A stretch of 32,000 nucleotides of DNA from Candidatus Thorarchaeota archaeon (GCA_008080745.1 SHMX01000003.1:240001-272000); one strand, 5' to 3'. Shown: positions 18,045 to 27,885, counted from the stretch's first letter. Notes: generated by a model from the sequence alone, not told the origin. Translations and numbers: made by a program.

Positions 18045-19859
18045 TCAAGGAAGAGGATCCTCTTTTTCAATCCATTCTTTAAGAGCTCGAGCACATTTCT
18101 CAGTCATTCCCTCCACATCTGATAACTCCTTAATAGATGCAGAACGTACACCATCATAACTACCAAATTCTTTTAGCAGAGATGTTCTTCTTTTGAACCC
18201 GATACCAGGTACTTCTTCGAGGATAGAACCACTGAACCTTTTTTCTCTCAGCTTATGATGGTACTTCTGCGCAAATCTATGAGATTCATCACGCACGCGT
18301 TGAACCAAGTGTAACGCGGAAGAACTCTTATCCAACTCTATACCTTCGGGGTAATCTCTTGTAAAAAGAATTTCATCTTGTTTTGCCAATGAAGCAACTT
18401 GAAGGTATTCAAGGCCTAGAGATTTCAGCGCATCAAGTGCGACATTTAGTTGTCCTTTTCCACCATCAATGAGGATTAAATCGGGAAGTGAATGGCCTCG
18501 TTCAAGAACACCCCTATAACGACGATACACGACTTCTCGCATCATAGCATAATCATCTGGAGTTTCCTTAATCCGAATTCTGAACATGCGATACCATTTC
18601 TTATACGGTTCACCGTTTCTGAAGACGACACATGATCCTGTAGGGTCAGTACCCTGGATGTTGGCTATGTCAAAACCCTCAATATGCATGGGAGCACGAC
18701 TTAGACCTAATGCATCTTTCAGAGATTTTACGCCATTATCAACAATCTCCTCTTCAGAATCGCCCAAAATGAGTATCTTTCGTAGTGCTCGGAAAGCATT
18801 GTTATTTGCCATCTCAATGAGACCTTTCTCTTCATGTGTACGAGGAATTAGAATCTGAATTGTCCTTGAGGTATTTTCACTCAACCATTTACTCATCATC
18901 TTCATGCGTTTGATTTTCTGTGGAAGAAGAATATCATCAGGTAGTTGTGGAAGTGAGAAGTAATATTGTTCGACAAATGCAGTGAGAACTTCAGAATCGG
19001 GAGTATCAAGGCTTAGCTCGAAATAGAAATTATCTTGACCAATTAACCTACCACCGCGAATAATCAATAATTCAACAAGAGCCGCTTCTTCGGTTCGAGA
19101 TATACCAAGTACATCACGGTTCTTTCCATCTGGTGTATAGACTCCCTGTCTACGCATCATAATCTCAATGTCTGTCATTCGGTCCCTTATTTCAGCAGCT
19201 AACTCAAAATCGAGGTTTTCAGAGGCCCTGTCCCTTTTCGCTTCAAGAATCTTCAGAAGACTTTCCGCCTCACCATCAAGAAAGAAACACATCTGTTCGA
19301 CTAAAGAGCAATACTCATCTGTTGGGATATGATCTTTGCAGGGACCTGCACATCGTTCAAGATGATAATCCATACATGCACGTTTCACCCGATTTGGTTC
19401 TCTGCACATGGCAATAGGGATAAACTTGCGAACGGTATCAAGAAATTTCTCAAGTCGTTTAGAAGAACGATAAGGGCCGTAATATCGAGCGCCATCTTGC
19501 TTAAAATCACGAGTGACCTCAAATGTAGGAATATCAGATTGAATATCAACTCGAATCCAAGTACTTCGTTTATCATCTTTTAGAGCAATATTGTAGGGAG
19601 GCATGTGTTTTTTGATTAGCGTGGCCTCAACAATCAGAGCTTCTTTCTCGGTCCTTGTTACAATAGTTTCCAAGTCACTTGCTCGCTTCATAAGCTCCCA
19701 AGTCTTTCGGTCAAGTCCCTTGGTCCGAAGATAAGAACTTACTCGCTTTCGAAGAGCTTTGGACTTGCCAACATATAGAACCCTTCCGTCCTCGTCTTTC
19801 CATAAATAGACCCCCGGATCAGTTGGTAGATCTTGAACAAGAGAGGTGAGATCGGACAT
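18045..19859 (-). CDS. uvrC: Excinuclease ABC subunit C
   Basis: GIY-YIG (PGVYLW...LYVGKS), Cys-rich region, UVR motif (LDFELAAEIRD), RNase H-like GFDIA/DDY/DGGKGQ, and HhH (VPGIG). Confidence 0.96.
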   Translation of the reverse strand: MSDLTSLVQDLPTDPGVYLWKDEDGRVLYVGKSKALRKRVSSYLRTKGLDRKTWELMKRASDLETIVTRTEKEALIVEATLIKKHMPPYNIALKDDKRSTWIRVDIQSDIPTFEVTRDFKQDGARYYGPYRSSKRLEKFLDTVRKFIPIAMCREPNRVKRACMDYHLERCAGPCKDHIPTDEYCSLVEQMCFFLDGEAESLLKILEAKRDRASENLDFELAAEIRDRMTDIEIMMRRQGVYTPDGKNRDVLGISRTEEAALVELLIIRGGRLIGQDNFYFELSLDTPDSEVLTAFVEQYYFSLPQLPDDILLPQKIKRMKMMSKWLSENTSRTIQILIPRTHEEKGLIEMANNNAFRALRKILILGDSEEEIVDNGVKSLKDALGLSRAPMHIEGFDIANIQGTDPTGSCVVFRNGEPYKKWYRMFRIRIKETPDDYAMMREVVYRRYRGVLERGHSLPDLILIDGGKGQLNVALDALKSLGLEYLQVASLAKQDEILFTRDYPEGIELDKSSSALHLVQRVRDESHRFAQKYHHKLREKRFSGSILEEVPGIGFKRRTSLLKEFGSYDGVRSASIKELSDVEGMTEKCARALKEWIEKEDPLP

Positions 19860-19934
19860 ATTCAGTATTCTCCTACTAAGGTATTTGCATTGTACCTATG
19901 TAAGCATAGACCTTTTGGTACAACCGAGGTGTTT

Positions 19935-22793
19935 TCAACTCAAGGGACCATACACAACTTCCGGACCATAAAGAACAGCTCTGAGATGGTTGCCAGTATA
20001 GGATTCTACAACCTCACTCAGTTCCTCAGGTGTCCCTGTAGCAATAACGGTTCCCCCACCAATTCCCCCTTCTGGACCCAAGTCAATCAAATGGTCTGCT
20101 ACTTTAAGGACATCAAGATTATGCTCAATAATGATGATTGAATGGCCAGCATCTACAAATCGATTCAGCACACGGAGCAGAGTATGGATATCAGATGCAG
20201 ATAGACCAGTTGTTGGTTCATCAAGGATATACAAAGTTGGCTCTAAATTTCGTCGCCATAGCTCTGAAGCGAGTTTCATTCTTTGTGCCTCACCACCAGA
20301 TAGTTGTGTTGCTGGTTGGCCCAATTGAAGATATCCTAAACCAACATCAACCAAAGTCTGGAGACGGTCTGCAATCTTCGGAATATCAGAGAAGAATTCT
20401 AGTGCTTCATCAATTGTCATATGTAAAACTTGAGAGATATTCATTCCCTTGTATTCAACCTCAAGCGTTTCACGATCAAATCGTTTACCCTTACATGCAT
20501 CACAGGTCATGAAAACATCACTCATGAAGTGCATCTCTACTCTGATGACACCACTACCACGACATTTGCTACATCGACCGGATCGTGTGTTAAAACTAAA
20601 CCTACTTGGAGTATAGCCGCGTTTCTTTGCCTCGGGCATTTTCGCAAATAGTGAACGAATATGATCGAAGGTTTTGGTATAGGTTGCAGGGTTTGATCTG
20701 GGAGTCCGGCCGATACTAGATTGATCTACCAAAACAAGACGTTCAATGTGCTCCACACCTTCTATAGAATCGTGAGTACCAGGAGTAGTACTTGCGTTGT
20801 TGATTTCTCTAGCAAGCGTTTTGTAGAGTGTTTCATAAACTAACGTACTCTTTCCGGAACCGGATACTCCAGAACAGCAAATCAACGTCCCGAGAGGAAA
20901 TTCAACATCGATACCTTTCAGGTTATTTTGTCGAGCATTTCTAACCCGAAGTACTTTACCATTTCCTTTCCTTCTTTTTTCCGGTACAGGAATCTGTTTC
21001 TCACCAGCGAGATATTGAGCAGTTAGAGACTTGGGATGGGTGAGTACTTCTTTAGGACTACCAGAAGCAACAATTTCACCACCATGACGCCCCGCTAATG
21101 GTCCTAAATCAATGATATGGTCTGCTGCTGAAATGGTATCTCGATCGTGTTCAATAACTACAACCGTATTACCCAAGCTTCTTAGATTATAGAAGGTCTC
21201 AATCAGTCTATTGATATCACGAGGATGCAATCCAATACTCGGTTCATCTAGACAATATAGTACACCAGTAAGAGCGGATCCAATTTGAGTTGCAAGACGA
21301 ATACGTTGACTCTCACCTCCAGATAATGTGCGGGATAGTCTATCCAGATTGAGATATTCTAGTCCAACAGCCATGAGAAATTTCAGTCTTGCTTTTATCT
21401 CTTTGAGAATGAGATTTGCAATCTTCATCTCCCGTTCTGATAATTCAATTGATTCAAAAAATTTTAGAGCTTCCTCAATGGTCAATGAAGTTACTTTGTC
21501 AATGGACATATTGCCAACTGTAACTGCGAGGCTTTCAGGACGCAATTTTCTTCCATCACAATCTGAACAAGTAGTCTGTCTAGTGAAATTATCAGCAATA
21601 TTTTGAGCCCGTCGCCTATACCATGATTTATCGCTTGAATTCCCCTCTGCAAATACCCTTTTGAGCCAAGGAATGATACCAAGCCAGGCACGGGTCACCT
21701 CCCAGGAGGTTCCATCTTCTTTCTCACGTCCATATGTGATGTCTATAGGTGGGTCGCCCCAAAGCAACATTCTACGGTGTTTTTCCGAGAGTGCAGAAAG
21801 AGGAGCCTCTTTTGAAAAACCAACGATATCGGCTAAAGAGTCGATTCGTCTCATCAAATATCTTCTATTCTCAAAAGCTCTCTTTGCGATTTCATGTACA
21901 GTCATGCTCTCCTTGGGGATAACCAAATCAGGGTCAACATCCATCGTAATTCCTAACCCATTACATTGAGGACAAGCACCATCAGGACGATTATAGGAAA
22001 ACATCTTTGGGTTAAGTTTTTCATACTGCACTCCACAATAGGGACACATCAAACGTTCAGCAAAGGTCAGATCTTCCTTTCCTTCTCGGGATACAATAGC
22101 GGACCCATCACCTGTTTCAAGAGCGGTCTCTATAGACCCAGTTAATCTCTCTCGATATTTATGACTAAGTTCCAACCTGTCAACAACCACATCGATATCG
22201 TGCTTCTTACGACCATCAATTTCCACCGAGTCGATATCTATTACTTCACCATCAATACGTACCCTTACAAATCCATTCTCTAGTAGACTCTGGAGAACAT
22301 CTTCGTGAGTCCCAGGTTCATCCCGAACCACGGGTGCCAAAATTAGTATCCGTTCACCACCGTTGTCTTCTAGCAATACCTTTGCCGCTGATTCAGGTGT
22401 AAGCTGTTCCATGGCACGCCCACATTCAACACAGTGAGGAATTCCAATATTCGCGTAGAGAAGACGTAGATAATCCTGAATCTCTGTACTTGTCGATACT
22501 GTGCTTCTAGGGTTCTTAGACCTACCTTTCTGTTCGATAGATATTGCTGGTGGAAGTCCTGTGATGCTCTGAACCTTCGGTTTGTCCAGACGACCAAGAA
22601 ATCTCCTAGCGTAGGATGAGAGGGACTCAACATACCTTCTCTGCCCTTCAGCAAATATGGTGTCAAAGACAAGAGTACTTTTCCCCGAGCCTGATGGTCC
22701 AGTAACAACAACCAGACGATCCCGAGGAATATCAACATCAATGGCCTTCAGATTATGTTCTTCCGCCTTTCGTACAGATATGAAACCGGTCAT
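19935..22793 (-). CDS. uvrA: Excinuclease ABC subunit A, second paralog
   Basis: Two Walker A motifs (GPSGSGKS, GVSGSGKS), two LSGGE signatures, zinc-binding CxxC modules, UvrB-binding and insertion domains. 952 aa. Confidence 0.95.
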   Translation of the reverse strand: MTGFISVRKAEEHNLKAIDVDIPRDRLVVVTGPSGSGKSTLVFDTIFAEGQRRYVESLSSYARRFLGRLDKPKVQSITGLPPAISIEQKGRSKNPRSTVSTSTEIQDYLRLLYANIGIPHCVECGRAMEQLTPESAAKVLLEDNGGERILILAPVVRDEPGTHEDVLQSLLENGFVRVRIDGEVIDIDSVEIDGRKKHDIDVVVDRLELSHKYRERLTGSIETALETGDGSAIVSREGKEDLTFAERLMCPYCGVQYEKLNPKMFSYNRPDGACPQCNGLGITMDVDPDLVIPKESMTVHEIAKRAFENRRYLMRRIDSLADIVGFSKEAPLSALSEKHRRMLLWGDPPIDITYGREKEDGTSWEVTRAWLGIIPWLKRVFAEGNSSDKSWYRRRAQNIADNFTRQTTCSDCDGRKLRPESLAVTVGNMSIDKVTSLTIEEALKFFESIELSEREMKIANLILKEIKARLKFLMAVGLEYLNLDRLSRTLSGGESQRIRLATQIGSALTGVLYCLDEPSIGLHPRDINRLIETFYNLRSLGNTVVVIEHDRDTISAADHIIDLGPLAGRHGGEIVASGSPKEVLTHPKSLTAQYLAGEKQIPVPEKRRKGNGKVLRVRNARQNNLKGIDVEFPLGTLICCSGVSGSGKSTLVYETLYKTLAREINNASTTPGTHDSIEGVEHIERLVLVDQSSIGRTPRSNPATYTKTFDHIRSLFAKMPEAKKRGYTPSRFSFNTRSGRCSKCRGSGVIRVEMHFMSDVFMTCDACKGKRFDRETLEVEYKGMNISQVLHMTIDEALEFFSDIPKIADRLQTLVDVGLGYLQLGQPATQLSGGEAQRMKLASELWRRNLEPTLYILDEPTTGLSASDIHTLLRVLNRFVDAGHSIIIIEHNLDVLKVADHLIDLGPEGGIGGGTVIATGTPEELSEVVESYTGNHLRAVLYGPEVVYGPLS

Positions 22794-25666
22794 TATTCAA
22801 CAGCCTCCATTTCTAGAACCTCACGGAGGTAGATACCAGTATAGGACTCACGGGTTTCTGCGACAGTTTCAGGAGTACCTTCTGCAACAAGATATCCACC
22901 TTCATCGCCGCCTTCGGGTCCAAGATCTATTACCCAATCAGCTGTCTTGATTACGTCCATCTGATGTTCAATCACAAGTACTGTATTCCCCAGATCAACC
23001 AGTTTATGAAGCACTTCGAGAAGTTTCTTGATATCAGCAAAATGTAAGCCTGTTGTAGGCTCATCTAACATAATCAAAGTTTGTCCCGTTGCGGGTCTTG
23101 AGAGAAACTTGCTCAATTTGATTCGTTGTGCTTCTCCACCCGATAGGGTTGTAGCGGGTTGTCCAATTTTTACATAGCCCATTCCTACATCACATAATGT
23201 TTGTAATCTCTTTTGGATGCGGGGGACATTCTCAAAGAATTTTAGTGCTTGATCAATTCGCATATCCAAGACGTCAGCGATATTCTTTCCCTTGTATCGT
23301 ACTTGAAGGGTCTCGCGATTATATCGTCTACCTTTACAATCGCTACATGTGACCTGAACAGGGGGTAGGAATTGCATCTCAATCTCCTCAACGCCTGCAC
23401 CTTTGCACTTTTCACATCGGCCACCTTTAACATTGAAGCTAAATCGACCCTTTTTGTAACCTCGAATCTTTGATTCAGGAAGACTAGCAAAGAGCTCACG
23501 AACAGGAGTCCATAACCCAACATATGTAGCAGGATTAGAGCGTGGTGTCCTTCCAATTGGACTCTGATCAATAACAATTACCTTGTCAAGTTGGTCAACA
23601 CCCTCCAGGCCATCATGATCACCGGGTTTTGCTTCAGCGCGATGAAATTCTCTTGCTAAAGCTCGCTGAAGAGTTTCAACTATCAAGCTTGACTTTCCGC
23701 TTCCGGAAACCCCAGTAACTGAAATGAATAAGCCTAAGGGAATATTTACATCTATATTTTTCAGGTTGTTATGACGGGCACCCTTGATTTTCAGGATTCG
23801 ACCATTTGGTTGTCTTCTCTCAGAAGGAATGGGAATTTGTAAAACACCTCGAAGGAACTGAGAGGTGATAGACTCCTTGCTCTCTAGAATCTCTTCAAGA
23901 GTTCCAGCAACAACTAGTTCTCCACCTTCAGACCCTGCCCCGGGACCTAGGTCAACAATATAATCAGCGCTCATCATGGTTTCTTCGTCATGTTCTACCA
24001 CTAATACTGTATTACCCAAATCGCGCAGACGCATAAGAGAACGTAGAAGTCGTTTGTTATCCCTGGCATGAAGACCAATAGATGGTTCATCACAGACATA
24101 GGTGACACCTACAAGATTGGAGCCAATCTGACTTGCCAGTCTAATTCTCTGTGCCTCTCCTCCAGAGAGACTTGGAGCTCCTCGGTTCAGAGTGAGGTAT
24201 TCCAATCCGACCTCCTCCAGAAAACCAATCCGACCTCTAATCTCACTAAGGATTGGTTCAGCCACAGGTTGATACATCTCATCAACTTCTACATCATCAA
24301 AGAATTCGCTCAATTGTTTGATTGACATCTTGTCGAGCTGGTTAATTGATAATCCATTGAATCTGACAGACTGTGCCTCGGGTCTCAGACGAGCACCATT
24401 ACATACTGGACAGGGCTGTTCAGACATGAGGGATTCGAACTCTCTTCTTCTACCCGCAGATTTTGTTTTTTCATAGAGTCGTTTTGCAGTATTCACTATT
24501 CCTTCATACTGTCGAGTATAGGTTCCAGAATACGATACTTTCCAATCCTCATTACCACCCTCCCAAGAGAATACAAAATCACCCTCAGCGCCATAGAGGA
24601 TGAGATCTTTATGTTCTTGAGGTAGTTCACTCCACATCAGACCGAAGTTAATTCCAAATCTCTCCGATAGACGAGATTCCCAATTATCAGCCCATTTTCC
24701 CATTCCGCGAAATGCATTGAGTTCTCGTAACACGACAGAGTGGTCGGGTACAAATAAATCCGGATCAAAATCACGTATCACACCAATACCCGTGCATCTC
24801 TCACAGGCACCTTGTGGAGTATTCCAAGAGAACATACGAGGTTCCATTTCAGGGAGGCTGATTCCACAATCAGGACAAGCCAAGAATTCGGAAAGAGTGA
24901 TTTCATCATCGTCAGTAACAATTGTCACAACACCATCCGCCATATTCAAGGAAGTTTCTACAGCCTCGGCAATCCGACTACGTTGTGATGTATCATTTTG
25001 TACTCTATCAATGATTACTTCAATAGTATGCTCAAAATATCGGTCCAGAGATAACCCGTCATGAATGTCAATTATCTCACCATCGACTCTCGCACGAATG
25101 AATCCCTTCTGAATTAGCTCCCTGAACTCCTTTCGGTATTCACCTTTACGTCCACGAACAATGGGTGCGAGAATCATGATTTTTGTGTCTTCGGGGAGAT
25201 TTAGTACACGATCAACAATCTGTTGTGCAGTCTGGGGTTCTATTCTTCTATCACATTTGGGACAATGTGGAACACCTACTCGAGCATACAAAAGTCTAAG
25301 AAAGTCATAGATTTCTGTAATAGTGCCAACTGTGGAACGTGGATTCCTGCTAACACTTTTCTGATCGATGGAGATGGAGGGTGAGAGACCTGACATATAG
25401 TCAACTTTCGGTTTTTCCAGCATACCAAGAAATTGGCGAGCATATGCACTTAGAGACTCCACAAATCGACGTTGTCCCTCGGCAAAGATTGTATCAAACA
25501 CAAGGCTACTTTTACCTGAACCCGATACACCAGTCACAACTGTGAGTGTATCTTTAGGAATCTCAACATCAATATGTTGGAGATTGTGTTCCGCTGCCCC
25601 CAATACTACTATTGATCGGGGGCCATATGTTGGCTCTTGTTTTTTGCTTGTAGTCTGTGTCTTCAC
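22793..25666 (-). CDS. uvrA: Excinuclease ABC subunit A, first paralog
   Basis: GTG start 2 nt after the uvrB stop. Two GVSGSGKSS, two LSGGEAQR, DEPSIGLH/DEPTTGLH, TPRSNPATY. 957 aa. Confidence 0.96.
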   Translation of the reverse strand: MKTQTTSKKQEPTYGPRSIVVLGAAEHNLQHIDVEIPKDTLTVVTGVSGSGKSSLVFDTIFAEGQRRFVESLSAYARQFLGMLEKPKVDYMSGLSPSISIDQKSVSRNPRSTVGTITEIYDFLRLLYARVGVPHCPKCDRRIEPQTAQQIVDRVLNLPEDTKIMILAPIVRGRKGEYRKEFRELIQKGFIRARVDGEIIDIHDGLSLDRYFEHTIEVIIDRVQNDTSQRSRIAEAVETSLNMADGVVTIVTDDDEITLSEFLACPDCGISLPEMEPRMFSWNTPQGACERCTGIGVIRDFDPDLFVPDHSVVLRELNAFRGMGKWADNWESRLSERFGINFGLMWSELPQEHKDLILYGAEGDFVFSWEGGNEDWKVSYSGTYTRQYEGIVNTAKRLYEKTKSAGRRREFESLMSEQPCPVCNGARLRPEAQSVRFNGLSINQLDKMSIKQLSEFFDDVEVDEMYQPVAEPILSEIRGRIGFLEEVGLEYLTLNRGAPSLSGGEAQRIRLASQIGSNLVGVTYVCDEPSIGLHARDNKRLLRSLMRLRDLGNTVLVVEHDEETMMSADYIVDLGPGAGSEGGELVVAGTLEEILESKESITSQFLRGVLQIPIPSERRQPNGRILKIKGARHNNLKNIDVNIPLGLFISVTGVSGSGKSSLIVETLQRALAREFHRAEAKPGDHDGLEGVDQLDKVIVIDQSPIGRTPRSNPATYVGLWTPVRELFASLPESKIRGYKKGRFSFNVKGGRCEKCKGAGVEEIEMQFLPPVQVTCSDCKGRRYNRETLQVRYKGKNIADVLDMRIDQALKFFENVPRIQKRLQTLCDVGMGYVKIGQPATTLSGGEAQRIKLSKFLSRPATGQTLIMLDEPTTGLHFADIKKLLEVLHKLVDLGNTVLVIEHQMDVIKTADWVIDLGPEGGDEGGYLVAEGTPETVAETRESYTGIYLREVLEMEAVE

Positions 25667-25668
25667 GG

Positions 25669-27648
25669 TTACTTACCCTCGACCTTTTTTCTCAGCTCAA
25701 TAATCTGATCTCTAAGACTAGCAGCCTTCTCAAACTCTAGATTTCGGGCTGCTTCTTTCATCTGCTCCTCTAAATCAATAATATAATCCTGAATTTCCTC
25801 CAGCTCAACCTCATCAAATTCACTTAGCTTAGATTGAAGGTCCTTATCACGAGAGGACATGCCCTGTGCAATGTCTGTAATATCCTTCTGAATTGATTCA
25901 GGTGTGATTCCATGTTCGTCGTTGTATCGAAGTTGGTAGACACGCCGCCGATTTGTTTCATCGATAGCAGCCCGCATGGCGTTTGATACATGATCTGCAT
26001 ATAGAATGACGCTTCCATGCACATTTCGTGCCGCTCTTCCCATGGTCTGAATGAGTGCCCACTCACTCCTCAAGAAGCCCTCTTTATCGGCATCAAGAAT
26101 AGCTACTAATGAAACCTCAGGTAGATCAAGTCCCTCTCGAAGTAAGTTTATGCCAACGAGTACATCGAACGTTCCAAGTCGTAACTCTCGGATAATCTCT
26201 ATACGCTCCACAGTTCCAATGTCTGAGTGCAGATATCTTGCTCGAACTCCATTCTCTACAAGATATTCAGTAAGCATCTCGGCGGTCTTCTTCGTTAGTG
26301 TAGTTACTAGAACGCGTTCGTTTCGTTTGACAACAACATCAATCTCAGACATAAGGTCATCAATCTGATTCTCTATAGGACGTAAAGTAATTTCAGGATC
26401 AATAAGACCTGTAGGACGTACGAGCTGTTCTACAATCTGTTTGCTGTGTTTCTTTTCGTAAGGTCCCGGAGTTGCTGTAGTGAAGATAACATGTTTCATA
26501 TACTTCTCGAATTCATCAAAGCTCAAGGGTCGGTTATCATAAGCTGATGGCAAACGAAAACCATAGTCAACTAGACTGGTCTTTCGAGCTCTATCTCCAT
26601 GATGCATTCCTTTTACTTGTGGTAGGGTCATATGACTCTCATCAATAATCATCAAGAAGTCATCAGGGAAATAATCTAGCAATGTATATGGTTTCTCACC
26701 CTTCTGCCGTCCATCAATGTATCTGGAATAGTTCTCAATCCCCGAACAGAATCCTGTTTCACGAAGCATCTCAAGGTCATACAATGTTCTTCTCTTGATT
26801 CTATCAGCCTCTATGAGCTTCCCCTGTTTTCTGAACTCCTCCACCCGTTCATACATTTCCTGCTCAATCAAGTCGATTGCATCTTCAACCTTTTCTTGTT
26901 GAGTCACATGATGACGGGCGGGGTAGATGCGAACCCAAGTGTCCTGCCCCTGGTTAGACATTGTGACAGGATGATGATATGATAACCGTTCCACCTTATT
27001 CCCATCTAATTGAATTCTATATGCACTTTGTGAATAGCCAGGTATAATATCTATAACATCACCACGGACCCGAAACACTCCGGGCTTAATCTCCATATCA
27101 TTGCGTTCATATTGCATAGCAACTAAATTTTCGAGGATCTCCCGGCGATCAATCTTATCGCCGACATTCAGAAAAAGAGAGAGTTTTCCATAATCTTCAG
27201 GATTGCCGAGGCCATAGATACAAGAAACGGATGCGACGACTAATACATCATCACGACTCAGTAACGACATTGTGGCTGAGTTGCGTAGCCGTTCTATCTC
27301 ACGGTTTATGTCGGTTTCTTTCTCAATATACATGTCCTTACTTGGTACATAAGCTTCTGGTTGGTAGTAGTCATAATAACTGGTGAAGTATTCAATGGCG
27401 GCATCAGGGAAATATCGTTTGTATTCAGAAGCAAGTTGGGCAGCAAGTGTCTTATTATGTGAAACGACCAGAGTAGGGCGATTATATGCCTCAACCACGT
27501 TAGCTACGGTAAAGGTCTTTCCTGAACCAGTGACCCCTAAAAGGGTCTGTTTGTCAAGACCAGATTCTAATCCTTCAATCAAATTTTCGATAGCTTTCGG
27601 TTGATCACCTGTGGGCTTAAATGGGGCATCTAGTTTGAAATCTGACAT
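25669..27648 (-). CDS. uvrB: Excinuclease ABC subunit B
   Basis: GVTGSGKT, YYDYYQPEAY beta-hairpin region, DESH, GINLLREGLD, QTMGRAARN, C-terminal UVR motif LEFEKAASLRD. Confidence 0.97.
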   Translation of the reverse strand: MSDFKLDAPFKPTGDQPKAIENLIEGLESGLDKQTLLGVTGSGKTFTVANVVEAYNRPTLVVSHNKTLAAQLASEYKRYFPDAAIEYFTSYYDYYQPEAYVPSKDMYIEKETDINREIERLRNSATMSLLSRDDVLVVASVSCIYGLGNPEDYGKLSLFLNVGDKIDRREILENLVAMQYERNDMEIKPGVFRVRGDVIDIIPGYSQSAYRIQLDGNKVERLSYHHPVTMSNQGQDTWVRIYPARHHVTQQEKVEDAIDLIEQEMYERVEEFRKQGKLIEADRIKRRTLYDLEMLRETGFCSGIENYSRYIDGRQKGEKPYTLLDYFPDDFLMIIDESHMTLPQVKGMHHGDRARKTSLVDYGFRLPSAYDNRPLSFDEFEKYMKHVIFTTATPGPYEKKHSKQIVEQLVRPTGLIDPEITLRPIENQIDDLMSEIDVVVKRNERVLVTTLTKKTAEMLTEYLVENGVRARYLHSDIGTVERIEIIRELRLGTFDVLVGINLLREGLDLPEVSLVAILDADKEGFLRSEWALIQTMGRAARNVHGSVILYADHVSNAMRAAIDETNRRRVYQLRYNDEHGITPESIQKDITDIAQGMSSRDKDLQSKLSEFDEVELEEIQDYIIDLEEQMKEAARNLEFEKAASLRDQIIELRKKVEGK

Positions 27649-27653
27649 CTACT

Positions 27654-27877
27654 CTAACCTCGGTCTCTGCAGCTCTCGTCTGTAGCTAAGTAATCTTTGT
27701 GGTACCGTCACGATACCAAACCTTCCGAGGTCTCTGTTACATGGACATTCTTCAACCAATCAGTGCATTAGAATGTACAGAAACGACCTGGGGAGATGAC
27801 CGAGACTAACTACCTTGATAAGAAAGTTAGGCTCGTAGATTCCGAGCTTGGGTTACGGGCTGTTGTTCAATCAACAG
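27654..27877 (-). ncRNA. Candidate structured leader or intercistronic RNA upstream of uvrB
   Basis: Multiple nested stems found by hand. G-U pairs mostly favour the minus strand. The closing stem covers the uvrB SD. No known Rfam family recognised. Confidence 0.55.
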
Positions 27878-27885
27878 GTGAGTAG

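Noticed and set aside
19935-25666. Tandem uvrA as an assembly duplication or split pseudogene
   Set aside because: Both ORFs are full length and clearly divergent in protein sequence, with a clean TAATG junction.
18586-27604. Numerous antisense and alternate-frame ORFs within the uvr genes, and similar ones across the window
   Set aside because: They are shadows of well-supported genes, with no motifs or start signals.
1987-27648. A dedicated DNA-repair and nucleotide-sanitation island (RecJ-like, NUDIX, MazG-like, MsrA, Uvr)
   Set aside because: The genes are on mixed strands and interspersed with unrelated functions; the clustering cannot be distinguished from chance without synteny data.
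27814-27822. CTTATCAAG (minus strand), similar to the SAM-I riboswitch 5' strand
   Set aside because: The following GAG...GGAGGGA, GCAACC and closing GATAAG elements are absent.
27654-27877. Known RNA families (tRNA, 5S, SRP, hammerhead, TPP, FMN, cobalamin, fluoride) in the uvrB leader
   Set aside because: None of their core consensus motifs could be placed by eye. An Infernal search is still needed.
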